From contig NW_021829839.1 of NCBI RefSeq assembly GCF_006345805.1, forward strand, positions 1 to 5,751: a stretch of 5,751 bases of DNA, written 5' to 3'. A program made the translations under genes and the position numbers. Shown here one piece after another: positions 1 through 5,751 of the stretch (positions are counted from its first letter, which is position 1; each line of letters begins with the position of its first letter). The notes beneath the pieces were generated by a model, which worked only from the letters and a program-made list of their open reading frames with translations, was not told where the DNA came from and made no database searches. This DNA comes from Octopus sinensis. Lineage: Eukaryota.

Positions 1-120
1 CGTGTGGGTGCGTGTGTGTTTATGTACGTGTTTACACGCGAGTGCGTGTGTATGCTTATAGGCTTGGAGGCGTATATGTACGCGTGTATGTGGGTGTATA
101 TATCCATGATGATATGTATG
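1..120. repeat. Degenerate (TG/TA/CG)n microsatellite
   Basis: Alternating purine-pyrimidine low-complexity sequence. Confidence 0.85.
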
Positions 121-868
121 GTACTAGAAGTCCATTTAATTCAAGGAACCAGATTAAATGCTCATCAGCTCTGATTTACAACGCATTAAGTCCCCAGACG
201 AAACTGATGATGTACTGACAATTCTACAACTAAATTTTATCAATCTCCTGACCACCATACTTGGTCCATAACTCTATACATCCCTTATCTTTACATTCTT
301 TTACACTTTTATCATGTTTTTATCAGGTTTTTTACTTTTATTTCTATTTCTATTTTTACTTTATATTTCTTTATACCCCCTTTACATCTACTTACAACCC
401 TTTATCCTCTACATTTTATATTATTCTATACTTACACTTTTTATACATTTTTTATCCCTCGTCCCGAACTCTCGCCCCTCCATCTTCACCTCTATATATG
501 TATTTATTTATTTACATTACCTCAACATCCAATTTTCCTCATTCTACATTGAGAGAAGAAAGAGATGGACGCTTCAACTCTATGCTGCTGCCGCATTATG
601 TCGTACGTGAGTGAGAGGATTTGCATCCCCAACCAAGAATTTTTGATGTAACACATGTCCTTGTGGAAGCTGTTGTGCGCGGCTGAAGAAGGCCACAGAC
701 ATACATTATGCATTGTTATAAATCTGTCTAATAAAGGCCCGAAACATATGTACCGCTGAATCCTTCGCATCATGTTTTTATTTTATTTTGAACAATTTAC
801 TCCACCACCTACACCACCAAACGGTATACACAGGTGCTTATAATTATCAAGTACTCACCCCGAATTTC
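121..868 (+). mobile_element. Probable Penelope-like element (PLE) terminal fragment or retrozyme-like element carrying the hammerhead
   Basis: Bounded by a degenerate (RY)n tract (1-120) and an abrupt junction to (TA)n at 869. Contains a G-poor, T/C-rich tract (~280-550) followed by a type I hammerhead with palindromic stem III, a type known from PLE termini. No reverse transcriptase ORF is seen. The left boundary is approximate. Confidence 0.55.
679..756 (+). ncRNA. Type I hammerhead ribozyme (self-cleaving RNA)
   Basis: Stem I GCGG(679-682)/CCGC(753-756); core CTGAAGA(683-689); stem II A690.C740 then GGCC(691-694)/GGCC(736-739), extended by AGACA(697-701)/TGTCT(725-729); core GAAA(741-744); stem III is the palindrome ACATATGT(744-751); cleavage triplet GTA(750-752). 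All conserved single-stranded core nucleotides are present in type I order; the usual G10.1-C11.1 pair is A.C. Confidence 0.85.
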
Positions 869-966
869 TATATATATATATATATATATATGAATATATA
901 TATATATTTATATGGAGAGATAAAGAGATAGAGAAAAGGAGAGAGGGTGAGAGACAAAGTATAGAT
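869..966. repeat. (TA)n microsatellite (869-912) followed by degenerate (GA)n tract
   Basis: Read directly from the sequence. Confidence 0.93.
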
Positions 967-1372
967 AAAATTAGGTCTAATGATAATAATTGGAGTATTC
1001 AATAAGTGCTCAAGTTGTTTTTCTACGCAAAACTCCGACTGGAACTGTGACTAAAAGAAGAAGTGGAACTGTCAATTTTTATCAATGGATGGGTGTAAGT
1101 AATTCATCATTAAGCGAGCAGATATATGGTAGAAAGAAAGAGTGAAGAGGCAAAAAAATTGATAAAAATGCAGAGCATGGAATTTACCGACTGTTATTTA
1201 TAGCTTTTCTACTTCGAGTTCAATCGTTAAAAACGAGTTATTTACCTTCATATGACGTAAATGTTATATATTTCATTCTGTTTTATTTCGTTCCATTTTA
1301 TTTAATTTCGCTGGGAAAACTTGAAGACTTCCTGTATCTGTATATAAACTAAGGAACAAATTCCTTCATCCT

Positions 1373-1402
1373 TCTCTCTGTCTCTCTCTCACACACACAC
1401 AC
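1373..1402. repeat. Compound (TC)n(AC)n microsatellite
   Basis: Read directly from the sequence. Confidence 0.9.
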
Positions 1403-1584
1403 TTGACACTTAACTCAGACGACGAAATTTTTAGTATCAAAACCATAAAATTATATAATTGAAACGGGGAACATTGAACATATAACATATACGTACCAGC
1501 TTCCCAGCTGTCTCTTACAGAGGTGAAAGTTTTATATATCAAATCGAATTCAAATCCCCATTCAAACATACAAGAAACCCCATT

Positions 1585-1586
<2 letters not shown>

Positions 1587-1644
<58 letters not shown>

Positions 1645-1660
1645 ACACACACACACACAC
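1587..1660. repeat. (CA)n microsatellite
   Basis: Near-perfect CA run with one interruption near 1643. Confidence 0.97.
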
Positions 1661-1961
1661 CTCGGTGTTATTAAAATACCAGCTAAAATGCACGACATAT
1701 TTACTTGTACTTTAAACCACCGTTTGTTTCATTCCATCCCCAAAAGGAGATACCTGAGAAGTAGATTCCTGTTGCAACATGGATGATGTGATGCAACGGC
1801 TTTAAAGGCCGTCCAGTGGTCAGAGATGATGAATAAATAATACAAGACAAGAGAATAAACTGGACAATGATTTGCACATAACATTTTTACACGTGTTTCA
1901 GTGACCATCAAACGCTGATTGCGTAAACGAATGACTTTTCTTAGAAGCAATCCCAGGAATC

Positions 1962-2186
1962 GGTTTCGAATCTTGGCACAGGATCAGCAAAATCGGGTCA
2001 TGGGTAAGCCGATTGTATCGATCCCAGTGATCCAATGGTACTTATTTAATCGATCCCGAAAGGAGGACAAGGCAAAGTGGTAAAGTCGACCTAGGCAGGA
2101 TTTGAACTCAGAACGTAAAGCCGGACAAAATGCTGACACCAAGCATTTTGCTCGGCGTGCCAACCATTCGGCTGTCTCGCCGCCTT
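1962..2186 (-). mobile_element. tRNA-derived SINE, family A, copy 1
   Basis: Reverse complement starts AAGGCGGCGAG and has Pol III B box GAGTTCAAATCC (2098-2109). Central GTCGACTTT..CCTTTCGGGATCGATTAAATAAGTACCA domain and tail TGTGCCAAGATTCGAAACC. Colinear end-to-end with 3810-4022. Carries a private 8-bp tandem duplication at 2071-2086. Confidence 0.9.
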
Positions 2187-2224
2187 CATGCGATCTGGCA
2201 ACTATGGGGGAAAGGGGAGGAAAA

Positions 2225-2379
2225 CGTGCGCGTGTATGCATGTCTGTGTGTATATAGTACATATGCATAGGTAAATACAAACATACATATATACATACGA
2301 ATACATATATCTGTGTATGTATATATATGTATATATATATGTGTGTGTGTGTATGTGTGTACACATTTATACATATATA
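2225..2379. repeat. Degenerate (TA/TG/CA)n microsatellite
   Basis: Read directly from the sequence. Confidence 0.9.
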
Positions 2380-2421
2380 GACACAGGAGTGGCTGTCGGG
2401 TAAGAGGCTTGCTTTCCAACC
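2380..2421 (+). mobile_element. Truncated 5' head of a different tRNA-derived SINE family
   Basis: GACACAGGAGTGGCTGTCGGGTAAGAGGCTTGCTTTCCAACC has an A-box-like TGGCTGTCGGG and resembles an abundant octopus SINE head recalled from memory. It stops before the B box. Confidence 0.6.
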
Positions 2422-2763
2422 TGGGTCAAGAGGATGGTTATTGGAAGACCCTATGTCTGGCAACAGGACTCTGCACCATGCAACGCAAGCATGAGAACCC
2501 AGTCCTGGCTGTCAGACAATTTCTGCGATTACACCACCTCTAGCATCTGGCCATCTAACTCCCCAGACTGCAACCTCCTTGATTATTATGTGTGGGGCGC
2601 AGTTGAGTGAGAGACCAATAAAATTCCTTGTGACACCAAAGATGAGCTGAAGGCAAGGATTATGGCAGCATTCACCAACTTAAATAAGGAGACCGTCCAG
2701 AAGAGTTGCAGGAAATTCCGAAGTTATCCGGAGGCCATGGTTGAAGCCAATGGGAATTTTATT
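2422..2763 (+). pseudogene. DD37D transposase catalytic and C-terminal fragment (not in the ORF track)
   Basis: Manual translation from 2422: WVKRMVIGRPYVWQQDSAPCNASMRTQSWLSDNFCDYTTSSIWPSNSPDCNLLDYYVWGAVE*ETNKIPCDTKDELKARIMAAFTNLNKETVQKSCRKFRSYPEAMVEANGNFI. QQDSAP and WPSNSPDCNLLDY motifs are present, with exactly 37 residues between D(2467) and D(2581). In-frame TGA at 2608. Confidence 0.93.
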
Positions 2764-2874
2764 ATTTCAAGATATTTTATGTAATTTTGGTAAATATATC
2801 TGTTAAAATGAGATGTCAGTGTTATTTTCATTTTTGCATAATTTAGACGACATTTTTATTCACACCGCACCCTG
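2422..2874 (+). mobile_element. 3' portion of a Tc1/mariner DNA transposon, DD37D (maT) family
   Basis: Transposase remnant at 2422-2763, then a 3' UTR and a terminus ...CACACCGCACCCTG|TA (reverse complement TA-CAGGGTG). The TA target at 2875-2876 begins a (TA)n tract. No left TIR is found. Confidence 0.9.
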
Positions 2875-2883
2875 TATATATAT

Positions 2884-2943
<60 letters not shown>

Positions 2944-2952
2944 GTGTGTGTG
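2875..2952. repeat. Compound (TA)n(TG)n microsatellite
   Basis: Read directly from the sequence. Confidence 0.96.
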
Positions 2953-2974
2953 AGTTGATTAAAAGACAGTGAAC

Positions 2975-3210
2975 AGCGCTTTTGGCTTTCGAATGAAAAG
3001 CCACTCTGCTGGCTGGGTGAACAGACCAGCACTCCGCCTGGCTGGAAGGCAATCCCGTCGCAAGGTGACCCATTGAAGGTTGAGTGAACTGGAGCAACTT
3101 GAAATGAAGTGTTTTACTCAAGAACCCAATGCGCCGCCCGGTTCCAGGAATCGAAAGCTCGAGCTAGCAATCGTAAGTGCAACACCTTAACCACTCGGCC
3201 ACGCGCCTTC
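2975..3210 (-). mobile_element. tRNA(Arg)-like CORE-SINE (possibly related to octopus OR2)
   Basis: Reverse complement begins GAAGGCGCG with A box TGGCCGAGTGG (3191-3201), an ACG anticodon-like loop (GCA-CTTACGAT-TGC), a degenerate B box CTTTCGATTCC (3147-3157), then CORE-like TTCTTGAGTAAAACACTTCATTTCAAGTTGCTCCAGTTCACTCA. The 3' boundary is approximate and the family name is tentative. Confidence 0.8.
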
Positions 3211-3213
3211 AAC

Positions 3214-3290
3214 CACGTGCGCGTGCATGCACATATGCGTATGTGTGTGTGAGTGTGTCTGCCTTATGTATGTATGGTTATGCGTTTATG
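3214..3290. repeat. Degenerate (TG/TA/CG)n microsatellite
   Basis: Read directly from the sequence. Confidence 0.8.
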
Positions 3291-3456
3291 GACACTACAT
3301 CTTAAATTATTGTCCACCAATCCCATCAACCTAAGTCAATAAAAAAGACTCCCCTTGCAAGAAATCGTTGCCAAATCTTCCTCAAATACTCTTCTATCGT
3401 TTTCATAAATGTTTAAACGTAAAGACCAAACCGAAACTGAACACCAGAAAATGAGA

Positions 3457-3737
3457 CAGGACGGACAAAGCTAGAAAACCAGGACCGACACAGCTACAAA
3501 TCCGAGACCGACACGGCTTAAAATCCAGGACCGACACAGTTTGAAATCCAGGACGGACACGGATAGAAATCCAAGACACACATAGCTAGAAATCCAGGAC
3601 GGATACAGCTAGAAATCCAAGACGGACACGGGTAAAGATCCAAGACGGGCACAGCTAGAAATCCAATACGGACACGGGCAGAAAACCAGGACCGACACAG
3701 CTAGAAATCCAGGACGGACACTGGTAGAGATCCAGGA
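3457..3737 (+). repeat. Minisatellite, 12 full units of 23 bp, consensus CAGGACGGACACAGCTAGAAATC
   Basis: Units start at 3457, 3480, 3503, 3526, 3549, 3572, 3595, 3618, 3641, 3664, 3687 and 3710, with a partial unit at 3733. Substitutions only, no indels. Confidence 0.97.
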
Positions 3738-3809
3738 TGACGATAAATTTTGGACAGAGAAATATTTCTTTACAACACGTGCGACTCTATGTTTAATATA
3801 TAAATGTGT

Positions 3810-4022
3810 AAGGCGGCAAGCAGGCGGAAGCGTTAGCACGCCGGACAAAATGCTTAGCGGTATTTCGTCCGTCTCTACTTTCGGAGTTTAAATTTCGCAG
3901 AGGTTGACTTTCCCTTTCATTATTTCGTGGTCGATGAAATAAGTACCAGTGGATCACTAGGGTCGATGTGATCTACTTACTCATTGCCCCGAAATTGCTG
4001 GCCTTGTGCCAAAATTTGAAAC
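3810..4022 (+). mobile_element. tRNA-derived SINE, family A, copy 2, with target-site duplication
   Basis: Starts AAGGCGGCAAG, has degenerate B box GAGTTTAAATT (3884-3894), and shares the central domain and tail of 1962-2186. Flanked by TAATATATAAATGTG (3794-3808) and TAATATATGAACGTG (4023-4037), 13/15 identical with two transitions. Confidence 0.92.
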
Positions 4023-4038
4023 TAATATATGAACGTGC

Positions 4039-4292
4039 TTCGTGTTGAGTTTCAGTCTGTATTTCTTGTGCAGCGCCGTTTCTAATAAGTTACAAAATGT
4101 CGTTTGTAATATTATTGCAAGTTTTTTAAGTATGTTACAAGATCCTCTCCTTTCTGAAAGAGTCTATAATTTTGAATGGCAGGTATTCTACGTTCGGTTT
4201 CTAAGAATGTCATTTGCAGTACTGCTACATGAATATCGAGCGCGATCGTACAGCTTTTTAGTTCCATTAAGGGGCTTTTAATACCTTTAATG
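4039..4292 (+). repeat. Left arm of a long diverged inverted repeat (appears to continue at ~3788-3809 beyond the SINE)
   Basis: 4166-4292 aligns to the reverse complement of 4610-4736 at about 98/128 by hand. 4039-~4134 aligns with gaps to the reverse complement of ~4791-4904. Confidence 0.88.
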
Positions 4293-4609
4293 TTTCTACA
4301 GAGAATGTCTGTCGCTACGAATCTGCATGAAATAAGCTTTAAATCTCCTCGAAAGACAAGAGTCACATAAATTCTACGACTTATTTACACAAACAACATC
4401 TCTTTACAAATAATGCACAGAAATACACGAGAATAATAACTAGCAATGACAGCAACCACTGCAATAGGAATACGTACAATTTCCGCTGTCAAGTCTCTTT
4501 TTCCAACGCCAAGGAACTGCACAGAAAGCATTCAATAATAAACACTTTATTTACAAAAATAATCCTTGTAATATATGACAGTAAGAAACACAAAAGTTAC
4601 ACACGACAT

Positions 4610-4926
4610 CATTAACGGCATTAAAAACACTTTTATAGAATTAAAAGATCTTTATGATAACACACGATATTCATGTAGCAATACATGGATGATATTCTTA
4701 ATACCTGAACATAGAATACCTGCCATTCCAAATTATGGCAAAATCTTATTGTATTGAGCCTTTGAGATTATATAGAGGCGTGAGGAACGGCATCTATAAA
4801 ATCTTGCATTTAATATAGAGATATCATAAATGACACAGGTAATTGATACGAAGCGACGCTGCACCGGAGATATCAACGTTCAAAGTAAAACCTAGCAACA
4901 CGAATCTTGTTGATATGATAAGCATA
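4610..4926 (-). repeat. Right arm of the long diverged inverted repeat
   Basis: For example TAGAATACCTGCCATTC (4712-4728) is the exact reverse complement of GAATGGCAGGTATTCTA (4174-4190), and CGATATTCATGTAGCA (4665-4680) of TGCTACATGAATATCG (4223-4238). Confidence 0.88.
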
Positions 4927-5164
4927 CAAAGTTTTGAAATAGTTTGAGATAACAAAAGGGCTAAAACAAATAGGTATCACGACTGAACCCGCTTTGTATC
5001 CTAAACAATCTACAACAGCATTTACATACACACACATTCAAACAAACTTTACCATGCAAATTACAACAGCGTACCTTAGACATCTCGTCCTGCTCCATAC
5101 GCGTATCGACCATAAGTACTCGATAAACAATTCCCTGCTTTTCTTAGGGTGCCTATATTGCGCC

Positions 5165-5177
5165 ATACACGTACGCA

Positions 5178-5221
<44 letters not shown>

Positions 5222-5255
5222 ACACACACACACGAACGCATACACACACACACAC
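5165..5255. repeat. (CA)n microsatellite with degenerate edges
   Basis: Read directly from the sequence. Confidence 0.96.
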
Positions 5256-5499
5256 TGAATGGTGATTAGGTACAAACGGTCTTTAGGTTAGTTAAAATAT
5301 GTTTGTGACATTTTAATTATCTAAAGGCAAATTCACTGCATATACCCAGAAGGAAAAGATTTCTTTTATGACAAAAGGTGTAAAAACACTGTATCTGCCC
5401 AATGCTTTCTCCCATCTCGTTCCTGGCTCTTTTGCTTCCCTGAATGTGAAATACCAAAGAGGGATGACCTTGCGCAGATTGCGCTACTGGACCACCAGA

Positions 5500-5539
5500 T
5501 GTGTGTGTGTATATATAATATATATATATATATATATAC
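5500..5539. repeat. Compound (TG)n(TA)n microsatellite
   Basis: Read directly from the sequence. Confidence 0.93.
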
Positions 5540-5751
5540 AGATAAAAATGGAGAATACATCTAAATCAAATATCAATTACCAGATAATACCAGTCAACAT
5601 ATTTATTAAACCACCACATAAGAGACTGTAGGTTTAAACAAAAAGCAGACCAAATCAGTGTACATAAAGGAATGTAATATAAAAAAGTGTACATAAAAGA
5701 GTAATGTTGTATAATAAGTAGAATATATAAAAAAGAGAATATAAATATAAG

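Noticed and set aside
133-170. Minus-strand CTGATGAG followed by hairpin CATTTAAT/ATTAAATG, suggesting a second hammerhead
   Set aside because: The hairpin is followed by GACTT rather than CGAAA, and there is no stem III or cleavage triplet.
197-211. GACGAAACTGATGA contains both hammerhead core words
   Set aside because: GAAAC and CTGATGA overlap, leaving no room for stems III and I.
261-614. ORFs 261..614 and 314..610 with hydrophobic, membrane-like translations
   Set aside because: They result from the T/C-rich low-complexity tract and show no recognisable domain.
1491-1530. Splice-like signals (plus-strand TCTCTTACAG|AG|GTGAAA; minus-strand CTG|GTACGT)
   Set aside because: No coherent exon or recognisable peptide; such motifs are expected by chance.
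1826-1918. Possible C/D snoRNA (ATGATGA at 1826, CTGA at 1915)
   Set aside because: The terminal stem is only about 3 bp, the internal D'/C' boxes are poor, and I recognise no rRNA or snRNA guide complement.
1366-2543. ORFs with HTHT, CVCV or YIYI runs (also those at 2885, 4994, 5366 and 5368)
   Set aside because: They are translations of dinucleotide microsatellites and SINE or transposon sequence in non-coding frames.
3130-3210. Functional tRNA-Arg gene on the minus strand
   Set aside because: The B box is degenerate, the cloverleaf is incomplete, and it continues into a CORE-like SINE body.
3457-3737. CRISPR array or repeat-protein ORF (3609..3848)
   Set aside because: Units are head-to-tail with no unique spacers, the context is eukaryotic, and a period of 23 is not a multiple of 3.
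5490-5503. CTCF-like motif GACCACCAGATGTG
   Set aside because: It lacks the GGC(G/A) 3' part and runs into a (TG)n tract.
5620-5665. Degenerate minus-strand hammerhead (CTGA...AAAC..TA)
   Set aside because: The core reads CTGATTT and TAAA instead of CTGANGA and GAAA, and consistent stems cannot be drawn.

Overview
AT-rich, microsatellite-dense eukaryotic non-coding DNA with no intact protein-coding gene. The SINE families look cephalopod (Octopus-like); this is recognition from memory, not a search result. The main find is an apparently intact type I hammerhead ribozyme on the + strand (679-756) with a palindromic stem III and a long stem II. It sits in a ~750-bp element ending at a (TA)n tract, consistent with a Penelope-like element or retrozyme terminus. 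The window also holds two inverted copies of a tRNA-derived SINE, a CORE-type tRNA-SINE, a truncated SINE head fused to the 3' part of a decayed DD37D (maT) Tc1/mariner transposon, a 12 x 23-bp minisatellite with partial 46-bp dimeric structure, and an old long inverted repeat (arms ~270-320 bp) whose left arm was later interrupted by a SINE. The listed ORFs appear to be artefacts of repeats.
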